NCBI GenBank assembly: GCA_013152275.1
Contig: JAADGS010000046.1
Span: 1-41,265, forward strand
DNA length: 41,265 bases
Direction: 5' to 3'
Origin: Actinomycetota bacterium
GTDB taxonomy: Bacteria; Actinomycetota; Acidimicrobiia; Spongiisociales; UBA4744
Shown: in pieces, positions 1 to 8,988 of the stretch
Position numbering within the stretch: the stretch's first letter is position 1
Layout: each line of letters starts with the position of its first letter
Notes under the pieces: generated by a model
Told to the model about the DNA's origin: nothing
Database searches by the model: none
Seen by the model: only the letters and a program-made list of their open reading frames with translations
Made by a program: the position numbers and the translations under genes

Positions 1-87
1 TGATCACGGTCACCTGGCTCGTATTGATCGTCAACGGAGTCTTGCTCTCCCTCGTGTTCCGCAGTCGTCTCCGGGACGACACCGCTC

Positions 88-593
88 CCTGGACCGGACA
101 CCATCGAGTCCTTCCGTGATGATCCACGGGTGCTCAGGGTGGCTTCCCGCGCAGATGCAGTTGAGGGCACTCGTGAGCTGGTGTCCGAGCTGGCCGGTCT
201 CATCGATGTGCTGCCGGCGATCAGCCTTGGCGTCGGGGCACTGTTCCTCGTGTCGGCCAACACCCTCGCCTGCCTCGACCGTGAGTCGGAGTTCGCTACG
301 CTGCGCGCCATCGGCTACGGGCGCCGTCACGTGGCCACGATCGTGGGTATCGAGTCGCTGGGTAGGCCGTGATCGCCGTCGTGCTGTCGGGTCCAGCCGG
401 TCTTCTGTTTGCTTGGCCCCTCCTGTGGAGGATCGGTCAAGCCTGGTTCCACGCTGCAATGGCGGCGAGCGCGTCGGATCATGCGCTCGTGGTCCCGGCA
501 CTCTTGCCGGCCGCCCTCGTCGAGGCCTTTTCGGCCCGTCGACTGCTTGGCGTCAACATCGCAGGTGTGGTGCGCGCCCGGTTCATCGGCTGA
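88..593 (+). pseudogene. Remnant of FtsX-like ABC transporter permease (C-terminal part, 5'-truncated, frameshifted near 365)
   Basis: Frame 130..372 has the FtsX-like motif 'DRESEFATLRAIGYGRRHV'. Hydrophobic helices continue in another frame (369..593). The upstream frame has in-frame stops at 1 and 25. Confidence 0.7.
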
Positions 594-815
594 CGGGGTC
601 GTCGCGATCGGATCGCACTTCCCGCCAGGGCACGTCGATTCGATCCCGAAGGTGACGAGAAGGGCGCGCACCGTCGGTGACGAATGCGCCCTACGTGCTG
701 TGACCGATGGATTCGTCGAGGTCGCCGCACCGCTGTCGTGAGCGAATGCGGTGTCGCACTCGACACAAGCCACGCAAGAGGTTGATCGACATGGAAGGCT
801 TTCGGTCTGCGCTGA

Positions 816-960
816 GTGGACGGCGATGGACACTCACGGATACCGGTTGGAGATCTGCGGATCTTGGGGTTCGAGTCCCTCCGGGCGTGCTGGCGAAACC
901 CTGCTCCTGCGGGGGTTTCGCATGAGAGAGGCTCCTTGACCGTTTGACGTTTGGGAGTCG
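816..960 (+). repeat. att-like composite site copy 1 (tRNA-Arg(ACG) 3' fragment, degenerate)
   Basis: GGA(C/T) at 818/828/838; TTGGAGAT-CTGCGGA-TC..TTGGGGTTCGAGTCCCTCCGGGCGTGC at 847-890; hairpin GCGAAACCC..GGGTTTCGC at 893-921; GACGTTTGGGAGTC at 946-959. Confidence 0.85.
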
Positions 961-997
961 TGTTGTGGACGTCGGCGTCGGTTCGTCTGGCCCACGC

Positions 998-1404
998 TCA
1001 GCCTTGGTCGGCGAACCGGACGCGTTCTCTGAGCCACGATGCAGTCCAGGTCTCGTCGACCTCTCCGGCGGCGATGGCCAGCATCGCTTCCTCGGCCTGG
1101 TCCGATGACGGGTGGGTCGGGGTCCCAGGTGCCGTGGTTGAGGTCGATGAACTGGCCGGCGTCGCCCAAGCCGCCTGCTTGTTCCCGTCGGGGAGGGGAT
1201 GGTTCCACGTCAGCCGACATACCAACACGGCGGCCGTGTCGTAGATATCTGGATAGAACTCCACGTCTCCGGACCCGGCCTGGGGGGCGTGCAACGCCGA
1301 GTCGGTCATATCGGAACGCGATCCTTTGGTGAGGGTGTCGGCGTCAACGCCCGTGACTTGTTCGGCCAGCCAGAAGTACTCGGCCAGTTGACGTATCGGG
1401 TCAC
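998..1404 (-). pseudogene. doc: Fic/Doc (death-on-curing) family toxin, frameshifted
   Basis: Fic motif HPLPDGNKQ (canonical R replaced by Q). The GTG start at 1404 overlapping the antitoxin stop (MTRYV..) is out of frame with LAEYFWLAEQV. The segment FIDLNHGTWDPDPPVI lies in another frame, implying compensating indels. Confidence 0.8.
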
Positions 1405-1610
1405 CGGGCGAGGCGTTCCAACAGCTCTCGGTCGCGTTCAAGGAGCCGCTTGGCGCGGCTGGTGAAGTCCTCGTCTTGGCAGACCCGTTCGATCTCGGCT
1501 TTGAGGGCGTCGATGATCAAGGCGTTGACGCTGGTGCCCTTGACTCGGGCGACAGCTTCGGCATCGTCGGCGAGTTCTTCGGGGAGGCGGACGGTGGTTT
1601 GCTTGGCCAT
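1401..1610 (-). CDS. Ribbon-helix-helix (CopG/Arc-like) antitoxin
   Basis: 69 aa MAKQTTVRLPEELADDAEAVARVKGTSVNALII fits the RHH pattern; GTGA overlap with the downstream doc. Confidence 0.85.
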   Translation of the reverse strand: MAKQTTVRLPEELADDAEAVARVKGTSVNALIIDALKAEIERVCQDEDFTSRAKRLLERDRELLERLAR

Positions 1611-1613
1611 GAC

Positions 1614-1644
1614 ATCGCAATATCGCAATATCGCAACAATGCAA
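1614..1644 (-). promoter_or_regulatory. Putative TA operator/promoter: tandem 8-bp repeats ATCGCAAT x3
   Basis: ATCGCAAT-ATCGCAAT-ATCGCAAC-AATGCAA lies immediately upstream of the antitoxin ATG. RHH antitoxins typically bind short repeats over their own promoter. Confidence 0.6.
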
Positions 1645-1777
1645 CTGTGCAGACACCGGCGTCGCCGAAGAGGTATCGCTCATCAGCTCGCGCTCTCGAT
1701 ACGGCCCACCGCCGTGGTGCCGCGGTCGCTCTGGACGAGAGAGGGAGGACGAACTGGGAACATGGATGCGGGCTTCT

Positions 1778-1990
1778 TGGGAGCCATTCGCTGTGGACTG
1801 CTGCGGATGTGCGCGGACGTCAGAGGACATCAAGCCCTGGTAGGTGATGCTGCACGGACGGCTGTGGACGCCTGTGGACACCGCTTGGAGATCTACGGAT
1901 CAGAAAGCTTGGGCCCGAACTCGGAGAGTTCGCCGAGTCCCGCCGGGCGTGGCACAGAAACCTCTGCGGTAGAGGCTGTCGCATGAGCGG
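1778..1990 (+). repeat. att-like composite site copy 2 (longest left arm)
   Basis: TGGGAGCC at 1778; GGA(C/T) at 1795/1805/1815/1825 and 1856/1866/1876; TTGGAGAT-CTACGGA-TCAGAA at 1885-1905; T-arm interrupted by hairpin CGAACTC-GGA-GAGTTCG; CGAGTCCCGCCGGGCGTG; hairpin CCTCT..AGAGG; GCATGAGCGG. Confidence 0.85.
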
Positions 1991-2264
1991 CGTCAAGCAC
2001 AATGTCCGGCATAGCGGGCCGCTATCAATGGTGTTCGATGTCGGGCCCAGATAGCGGTGCGTCGGTGGCGGTGGTTCTTGAACGTGCTGTGGACGAACGA
2101 GATGAGCTGCCATTGACCGGTGACGTCCTCGTAGTCTCGTCATAGGCACCGTCGGTATCCAAGCTTGTGTTCGATCCGGCCGAGGACCGGGCGGATGCTT
2201 CTCCCCGTTCCACCGTCACGATCAGCGAGCGCACGGCAGGCTCCCGCACCGCAACGCTGAGCCG

Positions 2265-3560
2265 CTATGCGGGAGCTTTCGCCCGGAGCTGTGTGACCAG
2301 CTTGTCGAGGAACTTCGATCGCAGCGGTTCGACCGCCATCGCCGCTTTCCACGGAGTCATCTGCTCGATCACCGACAGCGCATGAGAGACGGTTCGGCCC
2401 AGGCTGCTGCCGATGTTGTCGTACAGCAGATCGCCGAGCTTCCCCCGCTCGATCGCCATCATCGCGATCCGCTCCATCATGTCGGTCGGGATGTACGGTC
2501 GCTCTTTTCGTGGTTCCATGCCACGGGCCTCCCATCGACATGCGTCGTAGCAGACACCGCACCCGAGGCACCGATCCGGATCGACCACCGACCAGTTCCT
2601 CCTCAAGCCCTTGCCATGGGTGAGCACCACGTCGATGGCGTCGACCGGGCAGGCCTTGGCGCAGAGTCCACATCCACGGCACTTCGTGTGATCGACGGTC
2701 GCGAGCCAGTTCGACGGCACGATGCCGTCGTAGATGTTGTAGCGCTTGATCGAGCGCATCATCCCGCAGCAGCATCCGCAGCAGTTGCACAGGTACGAGA
2801 TCTCTTCGCGAACGTTGTCGCCGGTCTGGGCGAGTCCCATCGCCTTGGCCTCATTGAGGATCTCTATCCCCTCATCGTTTGTGATGGGCTCCGCGATCCC
2901 GGCCCTGATCATGATCCGGGCCGAGTTGCCGAACGTCATGCATGTGCGGGTCGGAGCATCGCACGCCTCGCCGCGCAATCCGGCGTCGGTCCGGCACGGG
3001 CAGAGGCTCACGGCCACCGTCTCGGCGGTTCGCACTACCTCGGTGGCCCGCTCCCAATCGAGGATCTCGGTCCCCCCTTCGGGAAGGATCTCCTCGCGGA
3101 CCAGGGATCGGCCGATCTGGGTGGTCTCCGTGAAGACACTTCGGACGAAATCCTCATCTTCGAAGAGAGCGTTGAACGCCTCGGCGTACTCCTCCATGGG
3201 TGCGTCGGGGCGCGGCCGCATGAAGGTGAACTCGTAGAAGCCGATCACCACCGGAGTCGCCACCACATAGCGCGTACCGTCTCGCTCGAAGTCGAGCAGG
3301 AGCCCACGTTCGGCCATCGACGTGATGTGACTACCGAGCTGTTCCGGGTCGGTTTCGAGCTTCTCGGCGAGTGTTGGCAGGCCGACCAGTTGGGGCAACT
3401 GCCGGGCGACGTGGGCATCTTCCGGTGTGAACAGGAGACGCAGAACGCGAAGCATCGCGTCGGAGCCGGGGGCACCGGTGACGTTGCGGTTGAGCCGTTC
3501 CTGCAACAGCCGGTACTCCTCGTCGACCGCGGCTTCCGAAATCGGCACCGCTTGGGCCAC
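2265..3560 (-). CDS. 4Fe-4S dicluster domain-containing protein (N-terminal winged-helix-like region, Cys-rich core)
   Basis: Motifs CPCR, CNCCGCCCG, CRGCGLCAKACP and CLGCGVCYDAC; GGAGG RBS before the GTG at 3560. Confidence 0.85.
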   Translation of the reverse strand: MAQAVPISEAAVDEEYRLLQERLNRNVTGAPGSDAMLRVLRLLFTPEDAHVARQLPQLVGLPTLAEKLETDPEQLGSHITSMAERGLLLDFERDGTRYVVATPVVIGFYEFTFMRPRPDAPMEEYAEAFNALFEDEDFVRSVFTETTQIGRSLVREEILPEGGTEILDWERATEVVRTAETVAVSLCPCRTDAGLRGEACDAPTRTCMTFGNSARIMIRAGIAEPITNDEGIEILNEAKAMGLAQTGDNVREEISYLCNCCGCCCGMMRSIKRYNIYDGIVPSNWLATVDHTKCRGCGLCAKACPVDAIDVVLTHGKGLRRNWSVVDPDRCLGCGVCYDACRWEARGMEPRKERPYIPTDMMERIAMMAIERGKLGDLLYDNIGSSLGRTVSHALSVIEQMTPWKAAMAVEPLRSKFLDKLVTQLRAKAPA

Positions 3561-3865
3561 GAGCAGCCTCCGTCCTTGGTGGCACTCTCCTTCGAGCGTA
3601 CACGGCGAGGGTCGTTGGCGCCAGACCTGGGCATCTCCGGCGATCATCCCGATCGATCACGAGATCCCGACTACCGTTCTCGGGGGACCTCGTCGTTCAG
3701 GACCGAGAGCACTCCCTGCGCTTGGCACATGGAAGGTTCATCGTGCGCTCCCTGAACCGGTGCTTCCGCGAGCATCGTGCGAGGTTGCTGAAGGCGAGCA
3801 TCACCTCGTTACGTTTCTTCGCTCCGATGGTGCCGTCGCAAGAGCATCTGGCTTCTCGGCCGCGG

Positions 3866-4028
3866 TGGGAGCCAAGTTGGGAGCCTTTCGCTGTGGACTG
3901 CTGCGTACGCCCGTGGACACGGCTTGGAGATCTACGGATCAGAAGGTTGGGGGTTCGAGTCCCTCCGGGCATGCCACTGGGACCCTTGTGCGAGCGGGGA
4001 TTTCGCTGTGAGCGGTTGATCGACGTTT
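3866..4028 (+). repeat. att-like composite site copy 3 (best-preserved tRNA-Arg(ACG) 3' half, 3932-3976)
   Basis: TGGGAGCC x2 (3866, 3878); GGAC at 3895 and 3915; TTGGAGAT then CTACGGA TCAGA AGGTT GGGGG TTCGAGT CCCTC CGGGCAT G CCA (anticodon loop, stem strand, variable loop, T-arm, acceptor strand, CCA). No 5' half; TGAGCGG downstream. Confidence 0.9.
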
Positions 4029-4199
4029 GCCGGCGGGATGCGGTCCTGGAAGCCGTTGGCCCGTAGTCGGGAGCTCTCGGATCATCACAGCAAGGGAACT
4101 CCACCGCCCGCATCCGTCGATGACCGATCGGCCCGCCACCGGTTGTCAGGGAGCAATGATCTAGGCTTGGTTGCTCGCCCCCCGGAGAGGAGCAGGCGC

Positions 4200-6527
4200 G
4201 TGGCGGGCTGGCAGCCATCACCCGAGATTCAGGCTCTCTATGCGGATCATGTCGAGAGTCGGGCCGCGCTCGGCGTCGAGCGTGCGATTCACTACACGGA
4301 GTATTGGAAGAGCAAGGCAGGCAAACAAAGCTCCTCGTGCCTCCGGAACGCCGAAGCGCTGGCCTACCACCTGGAACGACGTTCGATCCGGATCTACCCG
4401 GGTGAGCTGATCGTCGGTTCCCATACGGAGCATCGGGTCGGCGCCATTTGTCACATCGAGAAGGCCGGCTTGTTCATGCTGGGGGATCTCTTCCGTTTCG
4501 AGAAGCGAGCGGTGAATCCACTCCGTTTGGAGCCGGGCGCCAAGAGAGCGCTCCTTCGCTCTCCGATTCCCTACTGGCTCAATCGCAATGTGGCCATGCG
4601 CTCCTTCCCGCTTCGCGAGAGGCTTGCGTACGCCAAAGACCAGCTCCGTGCCACGTCTTTCGTCATCAACGAGGCCGGAGGCGTGGCCCACTTCCTGCCC
4701 GACTACGAACAGCTCATCCGGCTCGGCACCGACGGCCTGCGGGCGAAGGTGCAGGAACGAATCGATCGGGGAGGGCTCGGTGCGGACGGGCTCGACTACC
4801 TCGAGGCAAGCCTCGTCGCCCTGACGGCAGTCGAACACTTCGCCGATCGGTACCGGGATGAGGCCCGGCACCAGGGACGAGACGACATCGTCGAGGTGCT
4901 CTCCCACGTCCCGCGCCGGCCGGCCCGGACCCTTCGGGAAGCGCTGCAATTGATCTGGTTGTTCCAACTGTTGATCCAGGTCGAGTCCCTCGATCAGGGC
5001 ATCAGCCTCGGGCGCATGGACCAGTACCTGTATCCGCTCTTGTGTGAGGACAAGAAGGACCCCGGCTTCGACCCGGATCGGGTTCGTGACCTGTTTGCAG
5101 CCTTCTGCATCAAACTGTCGGAGATCGTCCCGCTCTTCTCCGAGCGCGTCACCGAGTACTTCGCCGGCCTGCCCACCGGGCAGGTCGTCACCGTCGGCGG
5201 TCTCGATGCCGATGGCAACGACTGCACCAACGAACTCACCTACCTGCTGCTGGATGTCATGGAGGGATTCAAGACCCGGCAACCCAACTGGCACGCCCGT
5301 ATCGGCGCTCGGTCGGATGAAGCGTATGTGAAACGGGTTGTCGAAGTGGTGGCCGGTGGTGGGGGATCTCCGGCGCTCTACAACGACGACGCGATCATGC
5401 CCGCAATGGTCGAACGGGGAGTGGACGCTTCCAAAGTATGGAACTATGCGACGGTGGGTTGCGTGGAGCCGGCGCTGCAGGGAGAGAGTTTCACCTCCTC
5501 CGACGCGGCCATCTTCAACCTGGCGATCGGCCTCGAGCTTCTGCTGGGTGGCGGGCGTCGGCTGAAGCGGGGAGAGGTCCGTGAACGCCCCTGGTTACGC
5601 CAGATCCGATCCACGGCCGAGCTGCTGAAACAACTGGAAGAGCAGACCGACGAGCGAATCCTCGGGATGAAGCACTCGCTCGACGCCATCGAGAGGACCA
5701 ACGCACGGTTCTTCCCAACTCCGCTGTCCTCGCTGACCGTCGGTGGGTGCATCGAGAACGCCACCGACTCCACTCGCGGCGGTGCCTGGTACAACGCCTC
5801 GGGGATCCAGGGGGTGGGCGTGGCCGACTTGGCGAACTCGCTCGCAGTAATCGAGAAGCTCGTCTTCCAGGATGAGAAGTGCACCTTGGAGGATCTCGCC
5901 AACGCCTGTGCGACAGACTTCGACGGCCAGGAGGCGTTGCGCGCCCGTGCCCTCAAGATCGCCGCCTTCGGCAACGACGACCCGCTGGTCGATGACCTGG
6001 CGAACGAAGTTGTCTCGATGTTCGATCGTTGCATCTCGCGGCACACCAACACACGCGGCGGACGCTGGATGCCGGGCTTCTACTCCATGACCTGCCACCA
6101 GGGTTTCGGCAAGCAGACGGCAGCTCTCCCGTCGGGCCGTCTCTCGGGACGTCCTCTGGCCGACGGTCTCGCACCGGTGGATGGCTCGGACCGGCTCGGC
6201 CCCACCGCCTCGCTCAACTCCGTGGCCAGGCTCGACCAGCGGCGCTTCGGCAACGGGATCAATCTCAATATCAAGTTCGACTCGGCAATGGTGGTGGGAC
6301 GGAAAGGCCGCGTCGCCCTCGAAGCCCTGATCCGTGGCTACTTCGCCCAGGGCGGCATGCAACTCCAGATCAACGTACTCGATGTGGACATTCTGGAGCA
6401 GGCCATGCGGGATCCCGATAGCCACCGCAATCTGCTCGTGCGGATCTCGGGCTACTGCGCGTACTTCGTGGACCTCACCCCGGGCATGCAGCAGGAGTTG
6501 ATCGACCGTACGCGACATCGGACGTGA
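4200..6527 (+). CDS. Glycyl radical enzyme (PFL2/dehydratase-like superfamily), substrate unknown
   Basis: Cys loop VGCVEP; C-terminal glycyl loop LLVRISGYCAYF; GISLGRMDQYLYP; AGGAG RBS before GTG at 4200. Confidence 0.92.
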   Translation: MAGWQPSPEIQALYADHVESRAALGVERAIHYTEYWKSKAGKQSSSCLRNAEALAYHLERRSIRIYPGELIVGSHTEHRVGAICHIEKAGLFMLGDLFRFEKRAVNPLRLEPGAKRALLRSPIPYWLNRNVAMRSFPLRERLAYAKDQLRATSFVINEAGGVAHFLPDYEQLIRLGTDGLRAKVQERIDRGGLGADGLDYLEASLVALTAVEHFADRYRDEARHQGRDDIVEVLSHVPRRPARTLREALQLIWLFQLLIQVESLDQGISLGRMDQYLYPLLCEDKKDPGFDPDRVRDLFAAFCIKLSEIVPLFSERVTEYFAGLPTGQVVTVGGLDADGNDCTNELTYLLLDVMEGFKTRQPNWHARIGARSDEAYVKRVVEVVAGGGGSPALYNDDAIMPAMVERGVDASKVWNYATVGCVEPALQGESFTSSDAAIFNLAIGLELLLGGGRRLKRGEVRERPWLRQIRSTAELLKQLEEQTDERILGMKHSLDAIERTNARFFPTPLSSLTVGGCIENATDSTRGGAWYNASGIQGVGVADLANSLAVIEKLVFQDEKCTLEDLANACATDFDGQEALRARALKIAAFGNDDPLVDDLANEVVSMFDRCISRHTNTRGGRWMPGFYSMTCHQGFGKQTAALPSGRLSGRPLADGLAPVDGSDRLGPTASLNSVARLDQRRFGNGINLNIKFDSAMVVGRKGRVALEALIRGYFAQGGMQLQINVLDVDILEQAMRDPDSHRNLLVRISGYCAYFVDLTPGMQQELIDRTRHRT

Positions 6528-7426
6528 CGGAACCAACGGCCCCGGTCTTCGACGTTCAGCGTTTCTCGCTCCACGACGGCCCCGGTATCCGATCCCTGGT
6601 CTTCCTCAAGGGCTGTGCCCTGCACTGCCCCTGGTGCCAGAATCCGGAATCGCAGGCGGCCCAACCGGTCATTGCCTTTTATGAAGATCGCTGTGAGGAG
6701 AGCTTCGAGTGCGCCGCGGTCTGTCCCAACGGGTCGATCCGGCTCGAAGGTTTCCGGGTCGACTACGGGCGCTGCGACCGGTGTGCGCTCTGCGTCGACG
6801 CCTGTGCGTACGGCGCGCTCCGGTTGATCGGTGAGACCCTCACGCCGCAACAGCTCATGGCACGGCTACTGGCGGATCGGCCCTACTACGAGAGCTCCGG
6901 CGGCGGGGTCACCTTCACCGGTGGTGAGCCGACACTTCACCACCGCTTCATGAAGCGCGTGCTCGAGCTCTGTAAGGGGGCCGGGGTTCATACGAATCTC
7001 GAGACCGCCGGGACCTTCTCGTGGGAGACGTGGGAGGAGACGCTTCGCTTACTGGATCTGATCTACTTCGATCTCAAGATCCTCGATTCGCAACTCCACG
7101 AACGGCAACTCGGCGGCGGTTTCGACAGGATCATGGAGAACGCCGTGAAGCTCGTCGCCGACGGGTTTCCGGTGGAGTTCCGGATGGCGCTGATCCCGGG
7201 TTTCACGGATACGCAGGCCAACATCGAAGCCGTCGTCGAACTCCTTCACGTGTTGGGACGGAAAACCATCCACCTGCTCGCCTACCACAACATGGGGGAG
7301 GCGAAGATCGACATCATCCGGGGAAGGCAACCCAAGCTCGGTCTTGCGCGCTACTCCGACGAACGTTGGCACGAGTTACGGAAGACCTTCGAGCTGCGCG
7401 GCGTCGAGGTGCCGGGAGTTCACTGA
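6524..7426 (+). CDS. Glycyl-radical enzyme activating protein (radical SAM with ferredoxin insert)
   Basis: HDGPGIRSLVFLKGCALHCPWCQNPES (CxxxCxxC); GGVTFTGGEP; extra CxxCxxCxxxC; GTGA overlap with the GRE. Confidence 0.93.
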   Translation: MTEPTAPVFDVQRFSLHDGPGIRSLVFLKGCALHCPWCQNPESQAAQPVIAFYEDRCEESFECAAVCPNGSIRLEGFRVDYGRCDRCALCVDACAYGALRLIGETLTPQQLMARLLADRPYYESSGGGVTFTGGEPTLHHRFMKRVLELCKGAGVHTNLETAGTFSWETWEETLRLLDLIYFDLKILDSQLHERQLGGGFDRIMENAVKLVADGFPVEFRMALIPGFTDTQANIEAVVELLHVLGRKTIHLLAYHNMGEAKIDIIRGRQPKLGLARYSDERWHELRKTFELRGVEVPGVH

Positions 7427-7779
7427 GCAACGCAGTCTCGCCTCTCGACGGCGAGGTATCACCGCCCGATGCGATATCGGCTCTGCCGTCGCGACACGAG
7501 GAGTGGCGACACCTCATCCCGTTCGAGTGTTCTTCACTTCCGATGGTTCTGTCGCACGGGATCGAGCTTGCCTGCCACCAGCCTGGTCGTGGAGCGGTGC
7601 TCGGGGGCCGTCTCGGCACAGGCTCCGCTGGTGCGTACGGCATGCAGGCAGCGGTGAGGGCAGCAGCTTCGGCGACCGGAGATCCATCCCTCGATACCCG
7701 TACCTACACCGCTGGTGACCCGCGTCGACACCGTCGAGAGCAGCCTCTTCGAAGAGCACGGCTAGAGTATCCTCGAATT

Positions 7780-7890
7780 CCCGAGCCTCCAGGTTCGGGC
7801 GTCCTCGACAGAGCGAAGTCCGGTGTGAATCCGGCGCTGTCCCGCAACTGTGATGCCTCCTCGTGAGGATAAGCCAGGACGCCTCTCTCG
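7780..7890 (+). ncRNA. Cobalamin riboswitch
   Basis: B12-element cores CCGGTGTGAATCCGGCGCTGTCCCGCAACTGTGA (7820-7853) and AAGCCAGGA (7871-7879) upstream of btuF. Boundaries approximate. Confidence 0.9.
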
Positions 7891-7968
7891 ATGGCGATGT
7901 GCCGAGTCCTCGGAGGAGGGACGACGCCATGGACCAAAGATTGACTCCTCCGACAACAAGGAGGAGTT

Positions 7969-8988
7969 ATGAAACTGATCCGTTCGGTGGCGCTCTTCGG
8001 CGTGCTGATGCTGCTTGTCGCCGCATGCGCCGGTCCGACCACCGCCACCGCCCCGTCGCCTACGACGGTTCCTGAAACCACGACAACGACCGCGGCACCG
8101 ACCACGTCGACCACGTCGACCACGGAACCGGCCACCACCACGACGACGGTGTTGCCGGAGGCTTTCCCGGTGACGATATCGGCCGCCAACGGGGAAGTGA
8201 CCGTCGAGTCGATGCCGAAGCACATCGTGTCACTGTCGCCAACGGGCACGGAGATGCTCTTCGCGATCGGTGCAGGTGACCAGGTGACGGCGGTCGACAG
8301 CTATTCGTACTATCCGGCGGAAGCGCCGGTCACCGAACTGTCGGCGTTTCAACCGGACGTCGAGGCGGTGGTGTCCTACGGACCCGATCTGGTCGTCGTA
8401 TCTCACGATCCGGATGGATTCGTAGCTGGCATGGAGGCTGTGGGCGTGACGGTGCTCATGCTGCCTGCTGCAGAGACACTGGATGACACGTACACCCAGA
8501 TCGAGCAGCTGGGGGCGGCCACAGGGCATGTGGGCGAGGCGGCGCTCTTGGTGGCAGATATGCAGACAGAGATCGACGAGATCGTCTCCGGTGTACCCGA
8601 GTTCGACGAGCCGCCGACCTATTTCCACGAGCTGAGTTCGTCGCTGTATTCGGCGTCGTCGGGAACCTTCATCGGTCAGGTATACGGCCTGTTGGGATTG
8701 GAGAACATTGCCGACGCGGCAGAAGGAGGGGGCCTCTATCCGCAACTGTCGGCGGAGTACATCATCGAGCAGGATCCGGACTTCATCTTCCTGGCCGATG
8801 CCGCCTGTTGTGGCGAATCGGCAGAGACGGTGGCGGCTCGGCCGGGATGGGGAGAGATGTCGGCGGTGACCGGAGGAAGAGTGGTGGAACTCGACACGGA
8901 CGTGGCATCGCGGTGGGGACCGCGCATCGTCGAGTTCCTCAAGACGGTCGCCGGAGCGGTGAGTAAGGCATCGGTGCCGACCGGGTGA
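7969..8988 (+). CDS. btuF: Cobalamin ABC transporter substrate-binding lipoprotein
   Basis: Lipobox-like VAAC, Thr-rich linker, IVSLSPTGTEMLFAIG periplasmic-binding motif, ASRWGPR; AGGAGG RBS; downstream of B12 riboswitch. Confidence 0.88.
   Translation: MKLIRSVALFGVLMLLVAACAGPTTATAPSPTTVPETTTTTAAPTTSTTSTTEPATTTTTVLPEAFPVTISAANGEVTVESMPKHIVSLSPTGTEMLFAIGAGDQVTAVDSYSYYPAEAPVTELSAFQPDVEAVVSYGPDLVVVSHDPDGFVAGMEAVGVTVLMLPAAETLDDTYTQIEQLGAATGHVGEAALLVADMQTEIDEIVSGVPEFDEPPTYFHELSSSLYSASSGTFIGQVYGLLGLENIADAAEGGGLYPQLSAEYIIEQDPDFIFLADAACCGESAETVAARPGWGEMSAVTGGRVVELDTDVASRWGPRIVEFLKTVAGAVSKASVPTG

Noticed and set aside
772..790. CGCAAGAGGTTGATCGAC resembling right-flank pieces of sites 3 and 4 (a sixth site)
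   Set aside because: Short match with no tRNA core; cannot be distinguished from chance without an alignment.
2382..3755. Long antisense ORFs (e.g. 2382..3755, 4218..5294, 37199..38545)
   Set aside because: Shadows of well-supported genes on the opposite strand, expected at this GC content.
3841..3850. AGAGCATCTG resembling the tRNA-Arg 5' half (split or intron-containing tRNA)
   Set aside because: Only 10 nt, no recognisable acceptor or D-arm sequence before it, and not seen in the other copies.
3932..3976. Intact tRNA-Arg gene
   Set aside because: Only the anticodon loop to CCA is present; the upstream sequence cannot form the acceptor 5' strand, D-arm or anticodon 5' strand.
8030..8150. 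ACC/ACG-rich tandem-like repeats
   Set aside because: They encode the Thr/Pro-rich linker of the BtuF lipoprotein, which is ordinary.
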